64,000 nucleotides of DNA from Escherichia phage vB_EcoM_CRJP21: sequence record OQ708376.1. One strand, 5' to 3'. Shown here piece after piece: positions 19,269 through 28,098 of this stretch (positions are counted from its first letter, which is position 1; every line of letters begins with the position of its first letter). The notes under the pieces are model-generated. The model ran no database searches and was not told where the DNA came from. It worked only from the letters and a program-made list of their open reading frames with translations. The position numbers and the translations under genes were made by a program.

Positions 19269-19646
19269 TTAACCAGGGAGGTTACAATAATACAAATCCC
19301 AAGGGTGATATTTCATCGCACCAGTACTCAATTTAATTTTATGAAACTGGAATGATTCGGCAAATGCACTATCGTCAATCTTAATACAAAAAGTGTTTTT
19401 GGCTAGAGTTGGTGCAATTTCCAATGCTGTTTTAGATGCATCTAATCTAATTTTATCTTTATCATAACTAGTGATAGTTACAAAACGATAAACATTAAAA
19501 TCAGTATCAATGAGATCGTAAACACAACTAGAACGTTGATTAAAGATGTTCAAGTTATATTTCAATTCACCGTTTATATTAGCTGCGGTTACACAAAACC
19601 CGCCGATATTGAATGGTAGTTTACCTTGTGCTGCGATAGCTTTCAT
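19269..19646 (-). CDS. hypothetical protein (only reverse-strand gene)
   Basis: 125-aa ORF; AAGGAAA RBS on - strand before ATG at 19646. Confidence 0.5.
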   Translation of the reverse strand: MKAIAAQGKLPFNIGGFCVTAANINGELKYNLNIFNQRSSCVYDLIDTDFNVYRFVTITSYDKDKIRLDASKTALEIAPTLAKNTFCIKIDDSAFAESFQFHKIKLSTGAMKYHPWDLYYCNLPG

Positions 19647-19716
19647 ATTTTATTTCCTTTTTTAAATATAAGTATGAAATATATTTGTTTTTTACATCAG
19701 ATGCACCATGAACTAG

Positions 19717-19745
19717 TTGACAAAACATCAGTGGTATGATATGAT
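19717..19745 (+). promoter_or_regulatory. sigma70 promoter TTGACA-17-TATGAT
   Basis: TTGACA 19717-19722, TATGAT 19740-19745. Confidence 0.5.
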
Positions 19746-19807
19746 CTGTTATAAACTGTACACCTTAAGTTTTATTTTTAAAAATTTGAGTTAAGTACAG
19801 AAAAAGT

Positions 19808-19836
19808 TTGACTTAAGTGTTTAAGTACTATATTAT
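19808..19836 (+). promoter_or_regulatory. sigma70 promoter TTGACT-17-TATTAT
   Basis: TTGACT 19808-19813, TATTAT 19831-19836, ~35 nt before gene 19872. Confidence 0.45.
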
Positions 19837-19871
19837 TTATATCTTCCTAAACAAAATTGAGGACTTGTTAT

Positions 19872-20480
19872 ATGAAAAGACTATGGCTTGAAGTGATACA
19901 AGCAGCGATGTTTCTATTGTTAATAAATTTTCCAGCCAGTGCTGGTATTGAAAGTAAAAATGTGATAAAGTATAATCCTGAAACCCGAAATGTATATTTC
20001 ATATCAGATATTACAGATGGGTCACTCAAGAGAATGATAGAGTTGTATGATAAAGAACACTATGATACCATCACAATTACATCTCCTGGTGGTGATTTTG
20101 ATGCAGGTATTCGAATGGCAAACTTTGTTAGAGACAATGGGATAAATTTAATTGTTTCTAGGTATTGCAATTCAGCATGTACTGTGGTATTCTTTAGTGT
20201 ATCTCCCGAAAAGCGATATATGACAAATCGCTCAGTACTGGGTCTTCATAACATTTCGATTAAAAGTAATGTTACTGATGGTGATAATTCATTTGTGTCT
20301 GTAAGACAGCTATCAACTTTTACCGAAGAAATGGCAACAAAGGTAGGTTTCCTTTTTTCACTATATGCAGCAAATGGAATCCCACCAGAAGTTCTATTTA
20401 GAGTTAGTCGTTCTCGTGGTGAAGATGTTGTAATATTAACAAAACCAGAACTGGTTTTTTACGGTTCAGTCAAACAATAA
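19872..20480 (+). CDS. secreted ClpP-fold serine peptidase-like protein
   Basis: signal peptide MKRLWLEVIQAAMFLLLINFPASA; ITSPGGDFDAG aligned to ClpP SPGG region. Confidence 0.5.
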   Translation: MKRLWLEVIQAAMFLLLINFPASAGIESKNVIKYNPETRNVYFISDITDGSLKRMIELYDKEHYDTITITSPGGDFDAGIRMANFVRDNGINLIVSRYCNSACTVVFFSVSPEKRYMTNRSVLGLHNISIKSNVTDGDNSFVSVRQLSTFTEEMATKVGFLFSLYAANGIPPEVLFRVSRSRGEDVVILTKPELVFYGSVKQ

Positions 20481-20550
20481 AAATAATTAAAATAACAGGA
20501 TGATTATGATGTACTTCCTTTGTTATTAATTATATTGAGATTATATAACT

Positions 20551-20811
20551 ATGACAAACATCCAAAACTTGACATCTATTATTTTTTATGCTACTGTAGT
20601 AATGTATGCTACAGTTATTTTTCTAACAGTTTTCATTTACAAAGATTATCGTAATGGCTTTATTGATCCAACTACAATGAAGTTCAATTCAAAATTCGAA
20701 GCAATAATTTATTATGTACTATCAACTTCATACTTGGTGTGCCTAATGTTGTTAGGAGCACTAATTTATATCTTATACACAACATTATTTGCAATTGGAG
20801 CTATTTTATGA
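20551..20811 (+). CDS. small membrane protein
   Basis: two long hydrophobic segments. Confidence 0.45.
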   Translation: MTNIQNLTSIIFYATVVMYATVIFLTVFIYKDYRNGFIDPTTMKFNSKFEAIIYYVLSTSYLVCLMLLGALIYILYTTLFAIGAIL

Positions 20812-21401
20812 CCTGTATTATTGCACACACTGACGGAGTAAGTTCTTTTATTGCTGGGGATAAGTTAGGAAGCAATGGATTTACAAAAACTGTTCAAACT
20901 GAGCCAAAGGTATTCGAGAAAGAATTTATCAAGTTACATGATGATGGACTAACTAGAACTAAAGAAGTAATGGCATTGGGTTATACTACATCATTTCGTA
21001 TGGGTCAGTTGTTAAATTATAACCTTAATTTACCTGAACAAGATGCTAGTCAAACATTTTCACAATATTTGGTTCTTAAAGTTATTCCAATCATTCGTCA
21101 AATGTTTAAAGAAGAATGGGGTGCACGAGATGCATCACAAGATGTAGGTGGTGGACAATTTATCATTCTCCACAATCATACAATCTATGAAGTTCAAGAA
21201 GACTTTTCAGTACTACAACCTAAAACAAGAATTACCGCAGTAGGTAGTGGGACATATCATGCAATTGCAGCAATGCAAGCATATATTGAAGTTGAGAACG
21301 AATCTAAAAAACCACTACACGAACGTATCAAATCAATTTTTAAAATTGTTAGTGATAATGTAACAAGCGTAAGCGAAGAGTTTGATGTTTTAAAATATTA
21401 A
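20808..21401 (+). CDS. HslV / proteasome beta-like Ntn peptidase
   Basis: ATG 20808 gives MTCIIAHTDG (Thr at position 2 as in HslV); FIAGDKLGSNG and TAVGSGTYHAIAAMQA parallel HslV. Confidence 0.55.
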   Translation: MTCIIAHTDGVSSFIAGDKLGSNGFTKTVQTEPKVFEKEFIKLHDDGLTRTKEVMALGYTTSFRMGQLLNYNLNLPEQDASQTFSQYLVLKVIPIIRQMFKEEWGARDASQDVGGGQFIILHNHTIYEVQEDFSVLQPKTRITAVGSGTYHAIAAMQAYIEVENESKKPLHERIKSIFKIVSDNVTSVSEEFDVLKY

Positions 21402-21428
21402 AAGTACTAATATTATAAGAGAGAATAG

Positions 21429-21623
21429 ATGATGGCATACACAATTTATGAATGGGTTTTGAGTTTTTTTATAGTTTTTTCTATTGTTGTAATTTATAAC
21501 AATGCTAAATGCTTATATAGGGACTTGAAATCCAATGGTTATCACAAAGATAATAATTTTATGTATGCCTATCATATTGGAATCATTCTGTTATTATCAA
21601 TATATTTAATTGTTTTTTTATAA
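21429..21623 (+). CDS. small membrane protein
   Basis: 64 aa, hydrophobic. Confidence 0.4.
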   Translation: MMAYTIYEWVLSFFIVFSIVVIYNNAKCLYRDLKSNGYHKDNNFMYAYHIGIILLLSIYLIVFL

Positions 21624-21632
21624 GGATTGAAT

Positions 21633-22385
21633 ATGATATCAGAAAAATTTATAAGCAATGAAGGTAAAAAGCGATTACTGATTATATCAGGTGCAGGACT
21701 TTCTGTTGAAAGTGGTATGGAACCTTTTCGATTTGATGATGGTTTGTGGGATACATTTAAAATTAATGATGTATGTAACATTGCTAGTTTAACTACGAAA
21801 TATCACGTTGTTCATTCCTTCTATAATACATTACGTGTAAAATTGGGTCAATGCAAACCCAATGCAATGCATTATTTTATAAAATCGTTAGAAGATCAAT
21901 ATGGTGATTGCTTCCTTCATATGACTTCTAACATGGACGATCTTTATACTCGTATTGGTGGTCATGAGCTTAAACTTCATGGAAACTTGTGCGAAGTTAT
22001 TGAAAATTATAGTATCAATTCCGATGATTATAATGTTATTAACTGCGGATACGAACCATACATACCAAAACATGATGTTTTTGCCAAACCAAATGTAGTA
22101 ATGATTGGAGAATATCATCGTTATGTTGATGGTATTCGCTTACCAATTTACGAAGAACGAAATAATGTGTTGAAATCTCTTAATGAAAATGATACAGTTA
22201 TTGTAATTGGTAGTAGCGATACAGTACTGGTATGGTCGAGATTAGCAGCAGCATTACCATGTTATAGTGTTAATGTTAACATTCGTAAAAATGATAATGA
22301 TTTTTTGTTTAATGAAAAAGTTATCAAGCCAGCAACCAAAGCAATACCGCATCTAGAGACTATAATTAAGGAACGTATGAAATGA
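21633..22385 (+). CDS. Sir2-family (sirtuin/CobB-like) NAD-dependent enzyme
   Basis: GAGLSVESGMEPFR, HMTSNMDDL, catalytic LHGNL, VVMIGE, VIGSSDTV; lacks canonical CxxC zinc tetrad. Confidence 0.75.
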   Translation: MISEKFISNEGKKRLLIISGAGLSVESGMEPFRFDDGLWDTFKINDVCNIASLTTKYHVVHSFYNTLRVKLGQCKPNAMHYFIKSLEDQYGDCFLHMTSNMDDLYTRIGGHELKLHGNLCEVIENYSINSDDYNVINCGYEPYIPKHDVFAKPNVVMIGEYHRYVDGIRLPIYEERNNVLKSLNENDTVIVIGSSDTVLVWSRLAAALPCYSVNVNIRKNDNDFLFNEKVIKPATKAIPHLETIIKERMK

Positions 22386-22933
22386 GTGTTAAAGAAGTTC
22401 CCTTTGGTGAATATGGCACACGTGCAAATTTTGTATTTTGTTATTTCTTTGCAAGAAAATGCAACCCTTACAAAAACTATGAGTTGAATGATATACCAGA
22501 AGTAAATTTAGTATTACTGCAATTACGATGGGATGGTCTTCTTGGTGGATGTGGTGGAACCGTAGAAAGTACTGATATCTCACTAGAAGATGCGTTGCGT
22601 CGTGAAGTTCAAGAAGAAATGGATTACAATATTTTTGTTTCCCATCTTCGACCACTCAAAACTTTTGAAATTTACCCAGGTGCAAACAGTCACAGTTTTA
22701 GCTATGAAGTAACCTATGACGAGTTGAAACACATTAGAGATGGATACACTAATGCTAAACATGCAAGTGCAGAAGTTGCTGGTGTAAATTTATGTCATAT
22801 TTCGCGTTATTCTAAGGGACAAAATCGAGAAGCGGGATATAATAATCTTATGACACAGAACTTCATCGGTACAGCAAAACAAGAATTGGAGTATCTGGTT
22901 CAAAAAGAAAACTTACTAATTAGTTATCTATAG
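22382..22933 (+). CDS. Nudix-like hydrolase (divergent Nudix box)
   Basis: GGTVESTDISLEDALRREVQEEMDY approximates GX5EX7REUXEEXGU with a 3-residue insertion. Confidence 0.4.
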   Translation: MSVKEVPFGEYGTRANFVFCYFFARKCNPYKNYELNDIPEVNLVLLQLRWDGLLGGCGGTVESTDISLEDALRREVQEEMDYNIFVSHLRPLKTFEIYPGANSHSFSYEVTYDELKHIRDGYTNAKHASAEVAGVNLCHISRYSKGQNREAGYNNLMTQNFIGTAKQELEYLVQKENLLISYL

Positions 22934-22942
22934 GAGTTTAAC

Positions 22943-23263
22943 ATGTCTTACTCAATGTTTTTGGATGATATTCGTGATGCAAATCTATATTATCCAAACC
23001 AAGATATGGTGGTATGTCGTGACTTTAAAAGTGCATGTGAATATGTTATTGAAAATGGAATTCCAGCATTTGTATCATTCGACCATGACTTGGGTGATGT
23101 GAGCGAAGACGAAAAGACTGGATATTCTTTTGCTAAGTTTCTTATTGATTATATGTTTGATAATAATATTAAAGAACCGTTTGAGTACTTTGTTCACAGT
23201 AGTAATCCTGTTGGTAAAATTAATATTGAAACATACTTAAACAATGGATTTAACTCATTATGA
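22943..23263 (+). CDS. hypothetical protein
   Basis: 106-aa ORF. Confidence 0.45.
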   Translation: MSYSMFLDDIRDANLYYPNQDMVVCRDFKSACEYVIENGIPAFVSFDHDLGDVSEDEKTGYSFAKFLIDYMFDNNIKEPFEYFVHSSNPVGKINIETYLNNGFNSL

Positions 23264-23562
23264 TTCAAACACACATCAAAAGTCTTATTTGTACTGTTCT
23301 GTTAGGTGCAGGAGTTCTTTGGTTCGGACAGTATCACGAGAACACTAAGCGTACCAACATTCACTACAATACCGCAGAAGTTGTTAGTTTAGGACAATGT
23401 AGCGAGTCCAAATGTTCATTTATGTATAAAACCCAAAGTGGTGAAGTACGTAATGGACTATCAAGAGAACCAGTTTCAATTGGTCAACTTGTTTACCAGG
23501 AGTGCTGGGAAGAAAAGGTTCGAGGTTCACGTTGCTATGTTGAATACGAACCAAATATGTAA
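23260..23562 (+). CDS. membrane-anchored hypothetical protein
   Basis: N-terminal TM LICTVLLGAGVLWFGQY. Confidence 0.45.
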   Translation: MIQTHIKSLICTVLLGAGVLWFGQYHENTKRTNIHYNTAEVVSLGQCSESKCSFMYKTQSGEVRNGLSREPVSIGQLVYQECWEEKVRGSRCYVEYEPNM

Positions 23563-23622
23563 TAATCCGAGTCAATAACATTAGTCGAGTACAAGGATGT
23601 ACTCATAACTCAAGGATGTTTT

Positions 23623-25062
23623 ATGAAAAAATATACAATTGACACAAACGTACTACTATCTGACCCTAATGCATCTATTGCTTTTGATGGTGCTGCAATC
23701 ATTCTACCATTTACAGTACTGGAAGAATTGGATTCAATTAAGAGTCGTAATGTAGATGTTTCACGCGATGCTCGTGTTGCTATTCGTAACATTGAAGCAA
23801 TTATTGCAGATGCATCACATGATGAGATTAGTAGTACTGGTGTTAATATTGCTGATGTTCATACCAATATGAATCCTGATAGCAAATTGTTTGTTATTAC
23901 AAACGAAGAAGCTGAAGCACTAATTCGTACTAAAGGTTCAGAAGAGAAAGTTCAAACCCTTCTCAAAAGCACAGTACCTGATGATAAAATCATTCTGGTA
24001 GCTTTAGCAACAGAATCAGTACTGGTAACTCGTGATATCAACATGCGTATCAAAGCACTAAGTTATGGTGTCGAGGTACAAGATTATCGCCATGATATTG
24101 TTATTGGTGATAGTGATTTGATTCACATTGGTCAACACCATTTGGAAATTAATTTTTGGGAAGTATATAGCAACTTATCCAATACTAATATTCAATCCGA
24201 ACAAGTTGGTCGTCGTTTGTATCATTACATTTCTAAAAGCTTGATTGAACATTTGCTTCCACAAAATCTATGCATCGGTGATTATCTATATGATGATGCA
24301 GACGTATTATTTGTGTACGAAGGTCAATCAGCAATTGAGGAAGATGATGGAACACTAACACCAGAAGATATTTTGGTATTCCAAGATATTGGACAATCAG
24401 TAGCTTTACGTGCTAAAGTATGGGATATTAAAGCAAAGAATATCCAACAAGCACTCGCCATCAACAGTATTCTCGATCCTGATGTACATCTAACAGTACT
24501 GCTAGGTTCTGCTGGTACTGGTAAAACACTAATTACGATTGCTACTGCATTAGAATTAGTACTGGAAAAACGTAAATACGACCGAATCATCTTCTCTAAA
24601 ACTCAAGACTCACAGTTTGAAGATATTGGTTTCTTGCCAGGTTCAGAAGCAGAAAAAGTGATTCCATTCTGTGGAGCCGCAATTGACGCGTTAGAGTTTC
24701 TTCATAAAGATGATGCTAACCCTCAAGGTAGTATTGAAGAGATTATGAAACGTAATGTTATTCAATTTAAAGCACTAAACTTTGTACGTGGACGTTCATT
24801 CACCAACACTATTCTAGTAGTTGATGAATTCCAAAACATTACACCTGCACAAGCTAAAACAATCTTGACACGAGCAGGATTAAACTGTAAAGTAGTAATT
24901 ATGGGTAACTTGAGTCAGATTGACAGTAAGTTTATTAGTCCTGTTAACAGTGGTTTGACATATGTAACTGAGAAGTTTAAAGATTGGGCAGGTTGTCGTG
25001 TCATCGAACTAGAAGGTGTTGTTCGTTCACCACTTGCAGAATTTGCTGAAGAAAATATGTAA
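23623..25062 (+). CDS. phoH: PIN-domain + PhoH-like ATPase
   Basis: N-terminal PIN (IDTNVLL), Walker A GSAGTGKTL, Walker B VVDEFQN. Confidence 0.8.
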   Translation: MKKYTIDTNVLLSDPNASIAFDGAAIILPFTVLEELDSIKSRNVDVSRDARVAIRNIEAIIADASHDEISSTGVNIADVHTNMNPDSKLFVITNEEAEALIRTKGSEEKVQTLLKSTVPDDKIILVALATESVLVTRDINMRIKALSYGVEVQDYRHDIVIGDSDLIHIGQHHLEINFWEVYSNLSNTNIQSEQVGRRLYHYISKSLIEHLLPQNLCIGDYLYDDADVLFVYEGQSAIEEDDGTLTPEDILVFQDIGQSVALRAKVWDIKAKNIQQALAINSILDPDVHLTVLLGSAGTGKTLITIATALELVLEKRKYDRIIFSKTQDSQFEDIGFLPGSEAEKVIPFCGAAIDALEFLHKDDANPQGSIEEIMKRNVIQFKALNFVRGRSFTNTILVVDEFQNITPAQAKTILTRAGLNCKVVIMGNLSQIDSKFISPVNSGLTYVTEKFKDWAGCRVIELEGVVRSPLAEFAEENM

Positions 25063-25070
25063 TATTGTAT

Positions 25071-25099
25071 GGGACATTATGTCCCATACATGATATAAT
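25071..25099 (+). promoter_or_regulatory. promoter GGGACA-N14-TGATATAAT with dyad symmetry over -35
   Basis: -35 lies in palindrome TGGGACAT-T-ATGTCCCA (25070-25086). Confidence 0.5.
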
Positions 25100-25130
25100 G
25101 TTGTTATCATAATACAGAAGGAGATATAAA

Positions 25131-25319
25131 ATGGCTAAACAACCTAAGAAAAAAGAACCAGTAGCAAAAGTTAAGAAAGAGAAAGTTATTCAATCTAAAG
25201 AACAACGTATGTACGAACAACGTAAGAGTGAAACCCTATCCGGTCTTCAAGCTCTACGCAAACAAGGTGTACTAACTCGTGCACAGTACCGTGAACTAGT
25301 AGCTCAGAAAGGTTTTTGA
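25131..25319 (+). CDS. small basic protein
   Basis: 62 aa lysine-rich. Confidence 0.45.
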   Translation: MAKQPKKKEPVAKVKKEKVIQSKEQRMYEQRKSETLSGLQALRKQGVLTRAQYRELVAQKGF

Positions 25320-25423
25320 TTCATTTGAAGACATATTGTGGAGTTCTTAATAAATACTTTTATAAGAATAATAATACTTTTTATTAAATTAAAAAGAACT
25401 CCATGTGTTATTTCAGTTTTTCG

Positions 25424-25450
25424 TCCCTGTCTTTTGGCAGGGATTTTTTA
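25424..25450 (+). terminator. intrinsic terminator
   Basis: CCCTG-tcttttgg-CAGGG then TTTTTT; preceded by a long AT-rich hairpin 25340-25403. Confidence 0.55.
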
Positions 25451-25545
25451 TATCTATATCTTGACAAAAGGAACAAATCATGAGAACATGTATTAAAGGA
25501 AGAATGACTTTCCATTAGGTTATTTTAACTTAAAGGAGATTTCAT

Positions 25546-26103
25546 ATGTTTTTTGACCAAACATTTACGTTGTATCACGATTCTGGTAAAGTTGAGATTA
25601 TTGATAATCTGTTAGAGTACATTGCGGAACATGACGGTATAGACCGTTTCCACAGTAAGATGAAATTCGATTTAGCTGAATTCAACAAAAAGAATCGTGA
25701 AACATTTTGGAAGAACCGTTTCTATTACGAAATGTTTCCAGAAAAGTTTGTGGGTTATTATCTTTGTACTGAAAAAGGATTACTTGTATCTCCTGATTTA
25801 CTTATGGGTGAATACATGATACTCTATAATGAGTACTGGGAACATAAACGTAAAGCTCGTGATACGGAATGGCGACATAAGCGTTCGTATATGTACAAAC
25901 ATAACCACTCCCGATACAAGCGTCCTAAGACACAACAAGAGCGTCGTATGGCTTGTGCAGTACTGAAGGATGAGGGGGAACCTGATATACGTGGAAGACG
26001 TAAGATGCGTTCATTACCATCGTATTGGGACGATATCAGAACAAGACATAGTACTGGCTGGAAATACAGTACTAAACGTAAACATCAATACAAAGGGAGC
26101 TAA
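25546..26103 (+). CDS. hypothetical protein with basic C-terminus
   Basis: 185-aa ORF. Confidence 0.5.
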   Translation: MFFDQTFTLYHDSGKVEIIDNLLEYIAEHDGIDRFHSKMKFDLAEFNKKNRETFWKNRFYYEMFPEKFVGYYLCTEKGLLVSPDLLMGEYMILYNEYWEHKRKARDTEWRHKRSYMYKHNHSRYKRPKTQQERRMACAVLKDEGEPDIRGRRKMRSLPSYWDDIRTRHSTGWKYSTKRKHQYKGS

Positions 26104-26130
26104 TGCTCCCTAATTTTATAGGTGAACTTT

Positions 26131-26460
26131 ATGAACAAAATTGACGTTACTGTAGTGATTGGTTATATTGAAATTGAACCGTGTGGCATTGATACCTTTA
26201 TTGACACTCTTAATAAGTATCGTGCTGAATATAACGGTCACATTAGTCTTTCACCAGACAGTGGGTACGGCGGTTTTCATGGATACAATGTAATTTGGAC
26301 CAGAGAAGAAACTGACGAAGAATATAATACACGAATTGAAGCTGAATCTAAAAGATGTGAAGAAATTGAACGTCAAGAAATGAAACACTTAATGAACAAG
26401 AAATCATTAAGTACCGAAGAGAAATCTAAACTGCTAAAATACATCAAGGATTACATGTAA
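26131..26460 (+). CDS. hypothetical protein
   Basis: ATG 26131 after AGGTGA. Confidence 0.45.
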   Translation: MNKIDVTVVIGYIEIEPCGIDTFIDTLNKYRAEYNGHISLSPDSGYGGFHGYNVIWTREETDEEYNTRIEAESKRCEEIERQEMKHLMNKKSLSTEEKSKLLKYIKDYM

Positions 26461-27110
26461 TGAAAAATGTAACTCAAGAAAAGATTCTGTACCTTGCAAA
26501 GTACAATGGTGGTTTCAATATCATTAGCCGTGAGTACAGTGGTAATTTGGCTAAGTTGATTGACAGTTTGTTAGAATTTGATTTCATTAAATGGGAAACT
26601 AATGAACTTTGGTACGAATATGCTGGTCAGAAATGGGAAAGTGATTATGATAATGCAATACATTCATACACTATCACCAAAGCAGGTGAAGTTCGATTAG
26701 CCATTATGCGTTGTGCATATACTTACAAAAATCATAAAGGTGAAGAAAAACATATTCGCAGAAATGAAGAGCTATTACTTCTCATGGAAGCAGCAAAAGT
26801 TACAATGCATGATTTGTTCCACCACCCACGTTGGTATGAAAATCTAACAAAAGCAGAGTACAAAGCTTTACGTTACATTGATGAACAAAACAACAACCCA
26901 GTTGAAGTTGATGATGTTAGTGATGATGAACTAAGCCTCAAAAATGTATTTGAAAGTACCAGTACTGAAAGTATTACAGACATTTCTGTACAGATGGCAC
27001 TAAAAGCAATGGAACTTTTCAAGACACAATATGAAGGACACAGTGCTGAAGAAGTAGAGCGTGAGTTCATTACACGCGTACAGATTGCATTGTTCCAATC
27101 GAAAAAGTAG
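26460..27110 (+). CDS. hypothetical protein
   Basis: 216-aa ORF. Confidence 0.5.
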   Translation: MKNVTQEKILYLAKYNGGFNIISREYSGNLAKLIDSLLEFDFIKWETNELWYEYAGQKWESDYDNAIHSYTITKAGEVRLAIMRCAYTYKNHKGEEKHIRRNEELLLLMEAAKVTMHDLFHHPRWYENLTKAEYKALRYIDEQNNNPVEVDDVSDDELSLKNVFESTSTESITDISVQMALKAMELFKTQYEGHSAEEVEREFITRVQIALFQSKK

Positions 27111-27116
27111 GATGAT

Positions 27117-27296
27117 ATGAAATTTTTACTTGTACTAATCGCAGTTCTTATGGTATTATCTTGTTCAGTTAGTAATGGTTCATACATTTACGTATCAGTA
27201 TTTGAAGAAGCTCCCGACAACTGTGTATTAACTCACACTGGAATTGTGTTAGTTAATGGTAAACCATCAATCGAGTACTTATGTATAGGTGATTAA
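27117..27296 (+). CDS. small lipoprotein
   Basis: 59 aa (below track cutoff); signal + lipobox VLSC; RBS AGGA. Confidence 0.4.
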   Translation: MKFLLVLIAVLMVLSCSVSNGSYIYVSVFEEAPDNCVLTHTGIVLVNGKPSIEYLCIGD

Positions 27297-27299
27297 ATT

Positions 27300-27530
27300 A
27301 TGAAATTATTATATATTTTTATTATTTCTTCTATTGTATTTCTGAGTGGATGTGCTCCTAAAGTTGATGAGATGGATGCTGAAATCATCCGTCAAGGTTT
27401 AACAAAACTAAATCACCAAGGAACACTATACGCATGTCATACTATGCGTCATGGGCAAGATCTTAATCTCATGTGCAGGAAGATTGTGAATCGCAAACGT
27501 CTTAATACTGTTCCGAAGGATGCACAATGA
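27300..27530 (+). CDS. small lipoprotein
   Basis: signal peptide and lipobox LSGC. Confidence 0.5.
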   Translation: MKLLYIFIISSIVFLSGCAPKVDEMDAEIIRQGLTKLNHQGTLYACHTMRHGQDLNLMCRKIVNRKRLNTVPKDAQ

Positions 27531-27697
27531 AAGAAGTAATTGACTACAAATGTAAAAATTGTGGCAAAGATAAGGGTAAGCATTCAGTACAAGGGATGGC
27601 TTGCCCGAATCCAGGTCGTGGTAATTTCAGAGGGTTTAGTACTGAAAAGTCTTACGAACCGGATCATACCAAACCTGTAATGGGTTATAAATTATGA
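27527..27697 (+). CDS. small zinc-ribbon protein
   Basis: 56 aa (below track cutoff); CKNCG ... ACPNPG; ATGA overlaps both neighbours. Confidence 0.4.
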   Translation: MKEVIDYKCKNCGKDKGKHSVQGMACPNPGRGNFRGFSTEKSYEPDHTKPVMGYKL

Positions 27698-28053
27698 GTG
27701 ATTATGTAGCATTTCTTCATCGCTTTGGAGAAGCTAAAGAAAAACATATTATCCGTATGCCATTATATGGTGAAAAAGACTGGTACAAAAGTACTATCAG
27801 TGTAGGTGCATTTCGTGACCGTGAAGCTGGATTCTTTCTGGGTAAGAAACATGAACGAGAGGTACTTTGCTCACTGTGGCGTTTGGATGAATGGGATAGT
27901 GAGAACGTAAGAACTGCTGAATCAATGCTGGCTATTGTTGGTATTGCGAACTATCAGCATCCATATGACCTATTACCTACATTTGAACATGCTTCTTTGT
28001 TTGACTTTTACAAAGCAGTAGGGTATGATTATAAAAAGAAACGTTACATTTAA
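27694..28053 (+). CDS. hypothetical protein
   Basis: 119-aa ORF. Confidence 0.5.
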   Translation: MSDYVAFLHRFGEAKEKHIIRMPLYGEKDWYKSTISVGAFRDREAGFFLGKKHEREVLCSLWRLDEWDSENVRTAESMLAIVGIANYQHPYDLLPTFEHASLFDFYKAVGYDYKKKRYI

Positions 28054-28098
28054 TATCAGTACTGTCATAATGGCAGTACTTTTTAATTGGAGATTACT

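Noticed and set aside
22943-23263. Receiver-like / cyclic-phosphate-processing domain assignment for the 106-aa protein (FLDDIR ... SFDHDLG)
   Set aside because: The acidic motif pattern is suggestive, but I cannot match it confidently to a defined family from memory; left as hypothetical.
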